Shown piece by piece: positions 23,690 through 34,271 of a stretch of 41,017 nucleotides of DNA. The number at the start of each line of letters is the position of its first letter. Within the stretch, counting starts at the first letter, position 1. Source of the DNA: a virus; IMG/VR virus record IMGVR_UViG_3300024264_000002, positions 1 to 41,017 of that record; one strand, 5' to 3'. The notes below the pieces were generated by a model. That model saw only the letters and a program-made list of their open reading frames with translations. It did no database searches and was not told where the DNA came from. A program made the translations under genes and the position numbers.

Positions 23690-25846
23690 ATGTTTCAAGG
23701 ACAAGTACAAAATGTCCAATTTCCAGCTCCATATCGTGGGATGGATTCTACAGTAGATAATAATCCTCAGTATGCTAAATATTTACAAAATATGTTAGTA
23801 ACCGACAATAATACCTGTACGCTGCGTTATGGTACTAGATTGATGGCAGAGTTTGAGTTTGACCAAAATAGAATATTCCGTGAGATAATAGCTGTTATGT
23901 CACATCTAGGCAGAAGTGGAACATCTGAAAAAATTACTTATCAAAATTATTTAAGCAAACTTCCTTATCTTGAGATTAAAGATACTCAGAATGTAACTGT
24001 TGAAGATATCAATGGAGAGATAAATAAAAGCAGAGTTACCTTAAATATTAGTACGCTAAATGAACAAGAACGGTTGTTTTTGGCAACAAGAATACTTGAT
24101 GATACATATATTTATGTTAGGCAAGAATCAGCATCAGATGGAGCTTATATTAGCGATGTGGTTATAACTGAAGATGAAATAAGTTTTACTATACCATTTC
24201 CCAGGGATTTTTTTGATATTCAATTAGATCCATTGCCGCCAGTTGTTTATTTTGAACTATGGTGGGAAAGAGCAGCTTTGTATAAGCTAGAGGGAAATGA
24301 ATTTAATCCAGTACCTTTAAAAGAGGATTTAGACCCAAATGTAATTGTTTCTAGTATAAATTATCAAGGGAAGCTAATTATTACTAATGGTGTTGACCCA
24401 GTACTTATCTATGATGGTGATAATATAGAGCAATTAAAAGGCAATGCTTCTGTTTTAACAAGTAGTGCTATTGTAAAAAATGCCAATGTTTTAACTTTCA
24501 ATATCCCTGAGTTCTTTCAAGAAGAGATGCGACGTTATGTAACTATAAATTCTACTGTTCGGGTGATGAATAGGAATGTGGGAAGAGATATAAATGTTAC
24601 CAATATTGCCTATGCACCTCCAGCAGATAATAACGTGGCGGTAACTCTAACACTTGCAGAAAATCCCCCAGATGAAACAAGAACTATTTTGTATAAAAAA
24701 GACCTGCCACCATTTAGCTTCATCACAGTGGCAAATGACAGGCTCTGGGCACTTGCTGAAGGAAAAAGTTATAAGAATAGATTTAGACCAGCTAATTTAT
24801 CTATGAAAGCATATTATGCTAGCAATAGAAAGTCGGTAGATGGTTGGTTTAGTCAAAAAACTAATGAGATTGAGTTTATTGATTTAGCTAATAACTCCTC
24901 TATTCCTGATAATTTAGAGGCTATACTTGCGTTTCAGGGAAAAGTTTTGTTTTTAGGAAGAGAAACTACACAAGTTTGGCAAGGCGAAGACCCAACAGTA
25001 ATTGATGATGGTCAAAATATACAATTACCTGATTTTAAATGGGAGATGACAATTCCAGTTGGGATAATTCAAAAATCACTCTTTGTTGAGATACCAAATG
25101 ACTTTGTATTTTTATCTAAATACGGAATTATCTCGCTTAGTTCTATTAACCAATATCAACAATTATCCGTATCATATAATTTTTCTGGTGGAATTAATCA
25201 GCATCTAACTTCGCAGCTGGAATTTATAGAAGATGATCATGATTATAGGAGTTTGCGGGCATTTTCTTATCCTTACGGCAGATTCTTAGGCTTTAAGCTG
25301 AAATACAACTGTCTTATATACCAGCTTAAGATCAATGGTGGCTGGTCAATATTTAGTGAGAATTTTGCAGATAGTAGAAGTATCTTTTATGATAAAGTCA
25401 CTCAAGAATTATTTCTTGGTATGGATGATGGCAAATTACTGGTTTATGCCGATAAGATAAAGACTCAAAGTTATGAGGAATATGATAAAGGCGCAATGAT
25501 ATGGCGCATTCATTATGCCTGGATATATCCCAGCACTACTTGGCATAATGAATCTGTATTTGTGGCTTGTCGCAGTCTTTCTCCTATTGATATTAATGTA
25601 CAAGTTTATACTGATTATAATGATGCAGAGAATTTTACTGAAATTATCAAAGTGCAACAAGAAGGTGGACTGTATGATAATGCCCAGTTTGGAGTAAGTA
25701 ATTATTCTTATAGAGAGGGAAATTTTCCTTATGAAATAATGCGCTTTGCAGGTGATAGTATTATGCTGACTTTACATGGGAGAGCTTCTGACCAGTTTGT
25801 TTTTGACAAATTGTTTCTAGCTGGAGGTGTAAGTAATGGCAATTAA
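23690..25846 (+). CDS. Large tail protein (tail-tubular-B/nozzle-like by position and size)
   Basis: 718 aa. This is a positional analogy only. Confidence 0.4.
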   Translation: MFQGQVQNVQFPAPYRGMDSTVDNNPQYAKYLQNMLVTDNNTCTLRYGTRLMAEFEFDQNRIFREIIAVMSHLGRSGTSEKITYQNYLSKLPYLEIKDTQNVTVEDINGEINKSRVTLNISTLNEQERLFLATRILDDTYIYVRQESASDGAYISDVVITEDEISFTIPFPRDFFDIQLDPLPPVVYFELWWERAALYKLEGNEFNPVPLKEDLDPNVIVSSINYQGKLIITNGVDPVLIYDGDNIEQLKGNASVLTSSAIVKNANVLTFNIPEFFQEEMRRYVTINSTVRVMNRNVGRDINVTNIAYAPPADNNVAVTLTLAENPPDETRTILYKKDLPPFSFITVANDRLWALAEGKSYKNRFRPANLSMKAYYASNRKSVDGWFSQKTNEIEFIDLANNSSIPDNLEAILAFQGKVLFLGRETTQVWQGEDPTVIDDGQNIQLPDFKWEMTIPVGIIQKSLFVEIPNDFVFLSKYGIISLSSINQYQQLSVSYNFSGGINQHLTSQLEFIEDDHDYRSLRAFSYPYGRFLGFKLKYNCLIYQLKINGGWSIFSENFADSRSIFYDKVTQELFLGMDDGKLLVYADKIKTQSYEEYDKGAMIWRIHYAWIYPSTTWHNESVFVACRSLSPIDINVQVYTDYNDAENFTEIIKVQQEGGLYDNAQFGVSNYSYREGNFPYEIMRFAGDSIMLTLHGRASDQFVFDKLFLAGGVSNGN

Positions 25847-26918
25847 GGAGTTCAAAAGAGTAGATAATTATTTCAGTGGCTTTACCAAGTTACAAGCGGC
25901 AGGTGTGGATAGACAATTTAATGATATGGTATCCTATTTTAACAAAGAAGTAATCCCAACTTTGAACACGCTTACATCTGAAAAAATACCAGGTAGCATA
26001 AATCCTGCTGATGCTAATAAGTTCTTGCAAAATGTAGGAGATTATACAACTCGTTGGGCATCAATAAACAATGATTCTTTTGCCGACAATTCTTTATCTC
26101 TTGAAAAACTTTCTAAAGTTAATGTTGGTTCAGTATTAGCTGGGAGTTCTGATGGTAGTATACAATCTGTTAATCCATTATCAGATAATCAGTGTTTAGT
26201 ATCCAGGGCAGGTAATGTGCCTATATGGAAGAAGTTAAATAGTAGTAATATAGAGGATCGTAGTATTACAGGTGATAGCGTAGCTGATGGAACTATTACC
26301 AATGTTAATCTTCCAGCTTATTTGATAGAGAATTTAATAGCTGATAATTCAATTACTGGTGATAAGTTTAGAGATAATGCTATTAATAGCAGCAAAATAG
26401 CAGATAGTACTCTGACAGCAGGAAAACTAGCACCTGACTTAGCAACTAATTTTGCAAGAGGTGTATGGACTAATATTATACCAGATAACTACCTTACAAC
26501 AGTTAATCAAATAATGAAGCCAGTAACTGATAATACTCAAAGCTGGGAGATTATTATCAGGCTGTTTAATGATAAAAACAAACCAATATTAAAATATAGT
26601 GATGCTACCAATAGTCTTGTAAAAGGTAAGCCAACAATAAACACTGTATTTCCAGCAAGTAAATTTACTTACGATGGAAATTACTGGGGATTTTGTGCTC
26701 ATCATGTACATGGTAGAGTAAATGCTGCAACTAAACTAAAAGATGCTTCTATAGCAGCAGGACGAGTGCTAATTGGTTATAAGCCATCATCGCCAAGTTA
26801 TCCAAATGATTTTAGAGCTTACGTTAGAAGACCCGCTAACAAGATGGTTGCAGATGGGGCCGTAGAGATGCGTCATTTAACTCCATATTTACGTAATAAA
26901 CTGGAGGCAGCCAGGTAA
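25836..26918 (+). CDS. Receptor-binding/fibre-type protein, paralog 1
   Basis: Shares an N-terminal ~140 aa with the next two genes (..QFNDMVSYFNKEVIPTLNTL...FLQNVGDYTT.W...LSLEKLSKV...LVSRAGNVPIWKKL). The C-terminus diverges. Confidence 0.5.
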   Translation: MAIKEFKRVDNYFSGFTKLQAAGVDRQFNDMVSYFNKEVIPTLNTLTSEKIPGSINPADANKFLQNVGDYTTRWASINNDSFADNSLSLEKLSKVNVGSVLAGSSDGSIQSVNPLSDNQCLVSRAGNVPIWKKLNSSNIEDRSITGDSVADGTITNVNLPAYLIENLIADNSITGDKFRDNAINSSKIADSTLTAGKLAPDLATNFARGVWTNIIPDNYLTTVNQIMKPVTDNTQSWEIIIRLFNDKNKPILKYSDATNSLVKGKPTINTVFPASKFTYDGNYWGFCAHHVHGRVNAATKLKDASIAAGRVLIGYKPSSPSYPNDFRAYVRRPANKMVADGAVEMRHLTPYLRNKLEAAR

Positions 26919-27940
26919 TGTTAAAACCATATAGCAGAGATAGTGCAGATTTTCAGAGTATAAGAGATAGAGGGATGACTATAGCTTATAAACCTCTTGA
27001 TATGAGTTTTAATAATATGGTTGATTATTTAAACAAAAAACTTTTGCCAGTTGTGAATACTTTAGCTGACAAGAAGGCTGTTGGTATTTTTGGTCATGAA
27101 GATAGTTTCTTGCGTAATGTTGGAAATGGAACAACGGTTTTTGATTTTATCAGAAGTTCTGATATAGCGCGTTATAGTCTAGGCTTAAATAAAATAGCAA
27201 AACAAACGGAATATAGCGTAATAGCTAGTGATAATACTGAAATTTTGCGTTCTATTACGCAGGCGGCTCAAAATCAGGTATTAGTAAGTGATAGAATGCT
27301 AGTTCCAAGATGGGAGAAATTAAAATATAGTCATTTTGAAGATGCATCTATTACAGCGGGGAAAGTTGCAGTTGGAACATTATCAGCAAGGCATTTAACC
27401 GCAGGTATCATAGGAAAACCTTTGACAGAAGGCTCAATTATAACGTCTTATATTCAAAATAATACTATACTGCTTAACAAGATAGCTAATGGTTCATTTT
27501 CAAGTACTAAAATTAGTGCTGTGCTTATGAACACTAGAGTGCAGGCGGCAAATTTACAGTTTAAGGATAAATGTTTTATACCCAGGACTATTGCTAATAA
27601 CAGCGTGGATATAAAGGAAGTATTTTTTTATTCTATCAATCAAAACCCTATTAAACTAACTAAATTACTCGGAATATTATCACCATCTAATATTCCATTA
27701 AATGCGATAGAACTTAAAAAAGTTAACTCCCCGCATACAGAGGTAAAGTTTGACGTATATAGGCAAATGGATAGTTCTATCTTACCAAGCAAAATAAAAG
27801 CTGGTTCCTTATCTCTTCCATTAATTAGAAATTCCTTTAGTGGCTGGACTGGAATTGCTTATAAACTTCTTTTAGATAAAAACAACCTTTCTCCTGAAAT
27901 TAAAGCAATATTAGTCAATAAAGGAGGATTAAACCCGTAA
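26918..27940 (+). CDS. Receptor-binding/fibre-type protein, paralog 2
   Basis: The N-terminus reads ..SFNNMVDYLNKKLLPVVNTL...FLRNVGNGTT...LVSDRMLVPRWEKL. A TAATG overlap joins it to paralog 1. Confidence 0.5.
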   Translation: MLKPYSRDSADFQSIRDRGMTIAYKPLDMSFNNMVDYLNKKLLPVVNTLADKKAVGIFGHEDSFLRNVGNGTTVFDFIRSSDIARYSLGLNKIAKQTEYSVIASDNTEILRSITQAAQNQVLVSDRMLVPRWEKLKYSHFEDASITAGKVAVGTLSARHLTAGIIGKPLTEGSIITSYIQNNTILLNKIANGSFSSTKISAVLMNTRVQAANLQFKDKCFIPRTIANNSVDIKEVFFYSINQNPIKLTKLLGILSPSNIPLNAIELKKVNSPHTEVKFDVYRQMDSSILPSKIKAGSLSLPLIRNSFSGWTGIAYKLLLDKNNLSPEIKAILVNKGGLNP

Positions 27941-28959
27941 TGGATAAGATAAAAAGAAGTAGAAATTATTTTCAGGATATCCTTGCAAAAGATGATAAAG
28001 CTATATATCCAAATGATATTGATAGTCAGTTTAATGAAATAGCTGAGTATTTAGATAAAACATTAAAGCCCGCTGTAGATGAATTGGTAAGTGGTGCTGT
28101 AGAGGGAATTGCTGGCAGTATTAATGCATTTTTACATAATGTTGGAGATGGAACAACAGACTGGCAATATGTAAATAGCGATAAGTTGGATAATTTTTCT
28201 ATTACTCTTGATAAGTTAGTTAAGATTAATTCAGCATCTGTACTAGTTGTAAATGCGGATGGTGATTTAACGGAATCTACTGCTAACAATGATAATGAAA
28301 TATTAGTCTCTAGAGCAGGTAATATCCCAATCTGGCAATTAGTTACATCTGCTCATATTGAGCCAAAAACTCTTACAGGTAATCAATTTGGCGTATTATC
28401 TATGGAGAACTTTATAGAAAATCAGTTTATTACCAATATTGTACCTAACGTTATTACTACTGAGAATATAAGAGACTTAAACATTACTAATGATAAAATT
28501 ATAGATGGTACTATTACCTCTGACAAGCTTGGTATATTTGCTAATTTACCAGTAGCAGGCGCAAATCTGCTTAACGTAAATAATATAGCTGATGGAGGGA
28601 TAACCCCTGATAAGGTGAAAGATAATACTATTCCTGTTAGTTATAATAATTATCTAGGTTCTATGTTTGACTCGATATGGGGCAATGTTTATGGCCAAAT
28701 AACAGCCGAAGGAGGTTGGGTTTATAAACAATTGCTAAAGTCAGAGAACTTAAAAGATAATACAATAGAGGATGAGCGTTTTTCACAAATTCTATACAAA
28801 GCAGATGATAGACCTGAAAGTGAGCGGGTAGAAGCAGCAAAAGCTTTCTTTCCAGATGTTCCGCTGGCGTTTCAGTTTCAAGCTGATCATATAGCTGCTG
28901 ATTCACTGGATATATACAGCTTTGATGCTGAAGTTCAGGCTGCGATTAATAGGCTTTAA
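27940..28959 (+). CDS. Receptor-binding/fibre-type protein, paralog 3
   Basis: The N-terminus reads ..QFNEIAEYLDKTLKPAVDEL...FLHNVGDGTTDW...LVSRAGNIPIWQL. A TAATG overlap joins it to paralog 2. Confidence 0.5.
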   Translation: MDKIKRSRNYFQDILAKDDKAIYPNDIDSQFNEIAEYLDKTLKPAVDELVSGAVEGIAGSINAFLHNVGDGTTDWQYVNSDKLDNFSITLDKLVKINSASVLVVNADGDLTESTANNDNEILVSRAGNIPIWQLVTSAHIEPKTLTGNQFGVLSMENFIENQFITNIVPNVITTENIRDLNITNDKIIDGTITSDKLGIFANLPVAGANLLNVNNIADGGITPDKVKDNTIPVSYNNYLGSMFDSIWGNVYGQITAEGGWVYKQLLKSENLKDNTIEDERFSQILYKADDRPESERVEAAKAFFPDVPLAFQFQADHIAADSLDIYSFDAEVQAAINRL

Positions 28960-28962
28960 ATA

Positions 28963-28991
28963 TGGAAAGAATGATATATTTGATGTATAAT
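28963..28991 (+). promoter_or_regulatory. Candidate sigma70-type promoter
   Basis: TGGAAA (28963-28968), a 17-nt spacer, then TATAAT (28986-28991). It ends 10 nt before box copy 4, the same spacing as at terS. Confidence 0.45.
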
Positions 28992-29001
28992 ATAGATAAT
29001 T

Positions 29002-29011
29002 AAATTGCGAG
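29002..29011 (+). promoter_or_regulatory. AAATTGCGAG box, copy 4 (10 nt upstream of ATG 29022)
   Basis: Exact 10-mer. Confidence 0.6.
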
Positions 29012-29021
29012 GTATAATGAT

Positions 29022-30191
29022 ATGTTTCCAATATTAGCAGCAGTAGCTGCAACAGTAGGAGGTTTTTTAGCAAGTGGTGGTGATGATCCGCCAGATTTAG
29101 TTACTCAAGCACCCAACCCTGTAGCAGATAAATTTCCACCAATTGATTTTGCCAGTATTTTTGATGAAATAAGCAAAGATAAGCTTGATATTATAAAAGG
29201 TTTAGATGGTAAAATTAATCTAAAGTTTAGTAATGATAATGGACGTATTGATTTGGATTCGCCAGTTCAATCAAGAGCGGTAAACACAAGACTTCCAGCT
29301 ATTAATCGTTTAAGCGAAAGGGCATCGGAGGTTGTTGCATTAAGTCAGGCAATGACAAGGTTAGGAAGTTCTATAGAACAAATGGAAAATACTAGTCCTT
29401 ACCTGATCCAGCAGAATCAAGGATTGATTCAGAGTTTTCGTCAAGCGTCAGAGCGGGCAATAGATAGAGGCTTTGACCATAGGCAGTATGCTATAGATCA
29501 GAAGCTTGCTAAATACGGACTAGACAATAGTTCAACAGCTTTTGGGGTACAGGTTGCTCTTGCTCGTGAAAAAGCTAATGCATACGGGGATTTAGAGCTA
29601 AAACAAGCAGAGCTTGCTCAAGGATTAAAACAACAATCTTTAGCTAATTTACATCAAAGGGGCGAATTATTAGGTCAGAATGCAGGTATTGAGCTTAATA
29701 GATTTGCAACAGAATCACAAAATCAACTAGCCAATGAAGAGCTAGTACAAAAACAAGTATTTGCAGAAAGACAGCTTGAAAGTCAAAATGAAGACCGAAG
29801 GTTAGCTACTGAATTTGGTAATAAAAAACTCGTAGATGCACGTCGCCAGCGCATGGCAGAGCTTGGATTAAATGCTTTTAATAATAGCAATGTTCAAGCA
29901 TTGAGTGCAAGAGGTATTGATAACACCGCTATTACGCAAGCAAATAATGATCAACTGCAAAGATATGATAGAGAAAGTAATCCTATGCAAGAAATTGGGC
30001 ATACTTTATTAGGAGCTTCAGTGGGTAATTTGACTGGTGGAGGATTTTCAGGAGGGAGTGGTTTTAATACAAATCCTTGGAATAACCCTGATAGAGGAAC
30101 TAATCCCATGAGTTTTGGTACAAGTAATTATAGTCCAACTAGTAGTAGATTAGTAGGTTCAAGAAGTGGAGGAATGAGATGGGTGAATTAA
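29022..30191 (+). CDS. Putative internal virion/ejection protein with an N-terminal TM segment
   Basis: The N-terminus MFPILAAVAATVGGFLASGG is hydrophobic. The middle is Gln-rich coiled-coil and the C-terminus is Gly/Ser/Asn-rich. This is a positional inference. Confidence 0.35.
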   Translation: MFPILAAVAATVGGFLASGGDDPPDLVTQAPNPVADKFPPIDFASIFDEISKDKLDIIKGLDGKINLKFSNDNGRIDLDSPVQSRAVNTRLPAINRLSERASEVVALSQAMTRLGSSIEQMENTSPYLIQQNQGLIQSFRQASERAIDRGFDHRQYAIDQKLAKYGLDNSSTAFGVQVALAREKANAYGDLELKQAELAQGLKQQSLANLHQRGELLGQNAGIELNRFATESQNQLANEELVQKQVFAERQLESQNEDRRLATEFGNKKLVDARRQRMAELGLNAFNNSNVQALSARGIDNTAITQANNDQLQRYDRESNPMQEIGHTLLGASVGNLTGGGFSGGSGFNTNPWNNPDRGTNPMSFGTSNYSPTSSRLVGSRSGGMRWVN

Positions 30192-31552
30192 AAGATAATT
30201 TTACAAATAGATATTTTAAAACTGATAATATTAAATCTCAAATGGATTTGATAAACCAACCAACCGAAGTAGATGCTTATGCGGATGCTTTTAACAGTCA
30301 AGCTAATAGAGAAGCAAAAGGACCGGCACAAAGAAACTCAAACGCCTTAATGGCTGGTTTAGGTGCTGGACTTAAAGGTGCTGCTAATTCTAAACGACAA
30401 GAACAATTATCACCTATTTTAAAAATGGTAGGAGAACTTAATGCTCGTTCTGCATATTTAGAGGCTCAAATGCAGCAAGAAGAACAACAGAAAATGACTA
30501 TGGTGAAGTTCTTGAGAGAGAATAAAACTTTGATTCAAGATTTAGGAAAAGCGAAAGTTGCAAATAGTCCTGATGCTCAAAAAATAGCGAAGTATTTATC
30601 AAATAAATATTCAAATACAGTAGGTAAAAGTGCGGGTCAGTTTAACTCTTTTGATACAGAAGAAGGTAAAACATTTTATGATCAAGCTGATGGCTCTACT
30701 ATTGGGTACAGTTTTTTAGATACAATTGAACCATATGCAAAAGAAGCTTACGGGGAACAAGCTGATGATATATTACAAGATCTAAGCCCTTGGCATAACA
30801 AAAAGTTCAAGGAAGCTGAGGAAGTAAAAAACTTAGCGTTAGAAAAAGAGCGCGCAGGTATTGATAACACTAAGGCTCATACTGGACTATACGATGCTAA
30901 AGCTGGCAAAACTACGCAGGAGATGACGCCTGAACATCAACAACAATTAAGAAATCAAAAAGGAGTAGATTCTAGATCAAACCATAACGCTTCGGAATTT
31001 GTACCTAAAATCTCCGAACAATACATCAAAAACAATGAGGTTATCTCTAGTATAACTGAATTTAAGAAAATACTGAATAATACATCTCTAACAGGGGGTA
31101 GTGGAACGGCTGCAGTTATGAGGTTTATAGCAGAACAGACTGGCAATGATGAAAACATAGTTAATGCAGAGAATGCAGGGCAATTTTATTTTGAATGGAT
31201 GAGTGATAACTCTAAAGGAGCCTTATCTGATAGGGACATGAAAAACTATATGAAGACGTTTGCTAGTATAGATAAAAACAAAGGAGCTTCTATTAATATT
31301 TTAAATAGACTAGAAGGAAAATTAAAAAACCAAAATTCTATTTTTACTAAACAGCTTGAAGCTTATGAAAAAGACCCTACAACAAATTTACATTCTCTTG
31401 ATATACTGGGCCATACTACCATTAGTAATGGTGCCGATAATTTGAATCAAGGTAATGATAATTTCGTTGTAATGACAAATAGAGCTACAGGCGAACCAAT
31501 GGAAGTGCCAGCTGATAAAGTAGAATTATTTAAACAAAATGGGTACGAATAA
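30179..31552 (+). CDS. Putative internal virion/ejection protein
   Basis: 457 aa. It overlaps the upstream gene and is followed by an ATG-overlapping stop (TAATG). Confidence 0.35.
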   Translation: MGELKDNFTNRYFKTDNIKSQMDLINQPTEVDAYADAFNSQANREAKGPAQRNSNALMAGLGAGLKGAANSKRQEQLSPILKMVGELNARSAYLEAQMQQEEQQKMTMVKFLRENKTLIQDLGKAKVANSPDAQKIAKYLSNKYSNTVGKSAGQFNSFDTEEGKTFYDQADGSTIGYSFLDTIEPYAKEAYGEQADDILQDLSPWHNKKFKEAEEVKNLALEKERAGIDNTKAHTGLYDAKAGKTTQEMTPEHQQQLRNQKGVDSRSNHNASEFVPKISEQYIKNNEVISSITEFKKILNNTSLTGGSGTAAVMRFIAEQTGNDENIVNAENAGQFYFEWMSDNSKGALSDRDMKNYMKTFASIDKNKGASINILNRLEGKLKNQNSIFTKQLEAYEKDPTTNLHSLDILGHTTISNGADNLNQGNDNFVVMTNRATGEPMEVPADKVELFKQNGYE

Positions 31553-33555
31553 TGGCTGCATTTAATCCTTATGAGCATGGTGCGAGAGCATTGCAAACTG
31601 GTAATAGTACTTTTAATCCACTTGAACACGGAGCGAGGCCTATACAAAAACAAAAAGAATATAGTTATGGTAATAGAGCCGCCTCTCTTGGAAAATCCGC
31701 TGTATCTGGAGCAATTGGATCTATACCTGATACAGCCTCGCTTGCTTATAACTTACCAGCTATGGGAGCTAATTATCTAGCCAAAAAAGGTCTCCCTATA
31801 GGAAAAGCACAAGAATATCAAGGGGAAACCCCAGATGCTGAGCAGTTGCCATTAATACCTTCAGCAACTCATGCAATAAGCGAAGGTATAGATAATTTAA
31901 CAGATGGTTACACAGAAACACCAGAAGACCAAAAGTGGCTTAATCAAGGTGTTGAGTTTGCTGCTGGAGTTGGTGGAGCAGGTGCAGTTGGTAAGGGGGT
32001 TCAAGCATTGGGAATGGGTAGAACTGCAACACTAGCTAATGTTACAGGTACAACTAATAAGTCAGCTATTGCAGGGGCAGGGGCAACAGGGGCAACCATG
32101 AGCGCGCTAGAAGATCAAGGAGCTGGTACGAGCTTTGCTGGCGGTTTGGCTGCTGGTATGGCTACAACTGGTGGTCTAATAAAAGGCAAAAATATTATAA
32201 AAAATCGACATCAAATAGCACAAAATATCAAAGATATACCAAGTAAGTTAAAAGTTGAAGCAGTTGGATTAGGAGAAAAAAACTTAAACCTAGAAGCAGC
32301 AAAGAATGCAAAAGAGTTGGGTATAGATCTGCCTAATACACCTTTTTCAGATACTAATAGAGCAAGATTTGGTGATTATGTTGGCAGTAAAATAAGTAAT
32401 AAGCTACCACAAAAATATAAAAACGCTGAAGAGCAGACAAAACAAGTTCTAGAAGAAATATACGATGCTACAGGTCCTCAAAAAACCGAAGAAGTTCAGC
32501 AAAAAATCAATAGTCTTTATAGCCAAAGAGTTCGGGAGTTGCCGCAAGAGGCTGTCATTAAACCTAATAATACTATTGAAGCTGTAAATAAAATCAGTAT
32601 TAATTCTATACATCCATCCAAAGATGAAAAAGCTTTGTTACAGGTAGTAGATAGTTTTAAAAATGAATTAACACCCACTATAAAAAGTAAATTTGGAGAT
32701 GTAACTATTCCTGCGCAGGATACAAGCGTTCAACGTTTGGCAGATTCAAAAAGAAGTCTCAATAGCTTGATTAAATGGGACGTAGATGAGGGAGTTAAAA
32801 ATCAAGCTCGCAGTATACAAAAAGGTTTGGCAAATGATATTGCAGAATACGGGAAAACTAACCCAGAATGGTATAAAACGTTTAAGGAGGCTGATGATCT
32901 GTTTGGCAAAGTAGCTAAACGTGAAAAACTAGAGCAACAAATTGGACACAAAGCTATTAGCGATGATGTTCTTTCATACAACAAATTATCAAAAGCAATC
33001 CATGACCCTAAAAGCAAGGCTATTTTAGAAAAAAACGCTACTCCTGAAGTTATGGGAAAATTAGAAAAATTAGGCACAGTTGCTAAAGCTATGACTACTA
33101 AAAATAAAAACGTCCCAAATCCTTCAGGTACAGCAGTCACTGGTGCTACTCTTGCATTTATTGGTTCTATGTTTACAAATCCAGTGAAGACTTTAACTAA
33201 AGGGCCAGCTTTAGCCGTCATATCAACTTTAGGATATACAAAACTTCTAACTAGTGAAAAAGTTCTAGATGCTGCCATCAAATTTGCCGAAAAACCAACA
33301 GAAAAAGCTGCTGTAGCATTCAATATAAGGATGAAACAGCTTACAGGATATACTCCTGTTACTTTAGCTAGAGAAGCTGCTAAGCATGCAGAAGAAGAGC
33401 AAAACGAACAAGGCACTAGCTTGCGTAAGAAGTTCAACGACCACATAGAAGAAAACAAAAAACGTCCAAAAGGACAGGCCCTAATTAAAGGCTTAAGTAA
33501 TCCTACTGTGCAGAAAACTATTGATTTCTTGCATCCTAATCCTTGGAAGGAATAA
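31552..33555 (+). CDS. Putative internal virion/ejection protein with a Gly/Ala-rich hydrophobic region
   Basis: 667 aa. The GVGGAGAVGKGV...GAGATGATM...GGLAAGMATTGGL region suggests membrane insertion. This is a positional inference. Confidence 0.35.
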   Translation: MAAFNPYEHGARALQTGNSTFNPLEHGARPIQKQKEYSYGNRAASLGKSAVSGAIGSIPDTASLAYNLPAMGANYLAKKGLPIGKAQEYQGETPDAEQLPLIPSATHAISEGIDNLTDGYTETPEDQKWLNQGVEFAAGVGGAGAVGKGVQALGMGRTATLANVTGTTNKSAIAGAGATGATMSALEDQGAGTSFAGGLAAGMATTGGLIKGKNIIKNRHQIAQNIKDIPSKLKVEAVGLGEKNLNLEAAKNAKELGIDLPNTPFSDTNRARFGDYVGSKISNKLPQKYKNAEEQTKQVLEEIYDATGPQKTEEVQQKINSLYSQRVRELPQEAVIKPNNTIEAVNKISINSIHPSKDEKALLQVVDSFKNELTPTIKSKFGDVTIPAQDTSVQRLADSKRSLNSLIKWDVDEGVKNQARSIQKGLANDIAEYGKTNPEWYKTFKEADDLFGKVAKREKLEQQIGHKAISDDVLSYNKLSKAIHDPKSKAILEKNATPEVMGKLEKLGTVAKAMTTKNKNVPNPSGTAVTGATLAFIGSMFTNPVKTLTKGPALAVISTLGYTKLLTSEKVLDAAIKFAEKPTEKAAVAFNIRMKQLTGYTPVTLAREAAKHAEEEQNEQGTSLRKKFNDHIEENKKRPKGQALIKGLSNPTVQKTIDFLHPNPWKE

Positions 33556-33614
33556 ATTTACAAAAAATATTTGTGTTGTAGTATAATGAAAGTTAATACA
33601 CAAAGGCTTTCGAT

Positions 33615-33950
33615 ATGACATCTAACGTACAATCTCAGACACTCAAAAAATGTGAGCTTATAATAAAAAAGCCTGCTTTAATTGGCACGTCTAAATGGGA
33701 AGTAATTTTTGATAAAAGAATAGAAATTAAAATTGAAGATGAAGAAGTTTTGCAACAGATACGAGATGGTCTTATACAGATTTCTGGTGGTAGCAGGTTA
33801 ATATGTGATTTAATTATAAAAGTAGAGTTGGATGATAAACTTGATGTATTGAATATCGATTATATTGTACCAAAAATATATGGTATTAAAGACAAACAAG
33901 AACAAATGAGCTTTTTTGATAAAAACTCTAATGAACCTGAACCATACTGA
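33615..33950 (+). CDS. Hypothetical protein
   Basis: 111-aa ORF after the end of the structural operon. Confidence 0.4.
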   Translation: MTSNVQSQTLKKCELIIKKPALIGTSKWEVIFDKRIEIKIEDEEVLQQIRDGLIQISGGSRLICDLIIKVELDDKLDVLNIDYIVPKIYGIKDKQEQMSFFDKNSNEPEPY

Positions 33951-34155
33951 TAATAACAAAAATTACATCAATGATTTTATTAAAAAATGGTATTAAATGT
34001 TGATGTTCGTTTAGTGCTTTTTGAAGCGTAGGAGCAGTAAAAAAATACAAAATCAGTATTTTAATAAGCACCTTGATATCTATCTTACGACCAGTCCATT
34101 TTCTGGAAGCAACATATAGTAAAATATAGCCAATAATTTTCGCTAAGATATACAC
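33928..34155 (-). CDS. Small hydrophobic protein (GTG start)
   Basis: 75 aa with 2-3 hydrophobic segments. It is supported mainly by the exact box 6 nt upstream of its GTG start. Confidence 0.35.
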   Translation of the reverse strand: MYILAKIIGYILLYVASRKWTGRKIDIKVLIKILILYFFTAPTLQKALNEHQHLIPFFNKIIDVIFVIISMVQVH

Positions 34156-34161
34156 CTAATT

Positions 34162-34171
34162 CTCGCAATTT
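34162..34171 (-). promoter_or_regulatory. AAATTGCGAG box, copy 5 (minus strand, 6 nt upstream of GTG 34155)
   Basis: The plus strand reads CTCGCAATTT. Confidence 0.55.
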
Positions 34172-34271
34172 TAGTATATCCAAGCGTGTTTTATTATAGC
34201 TTAAAGCTAACTAATTTAAAATGTTTGCCTAGATTTAAAGAAGCTGTTATTTTTAAAAAAAGGGTTTTTCT

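Noticed and set aside
32802-33458. 218-aa antisense ORF inside the 667-aa virion gene
   Set aside because: It is fully embedded antisense in a longer ORF that belongs to a tightly coupled operon. It has no RBS. Its long open frame is probably a by-product of the sense-strand codon composition.
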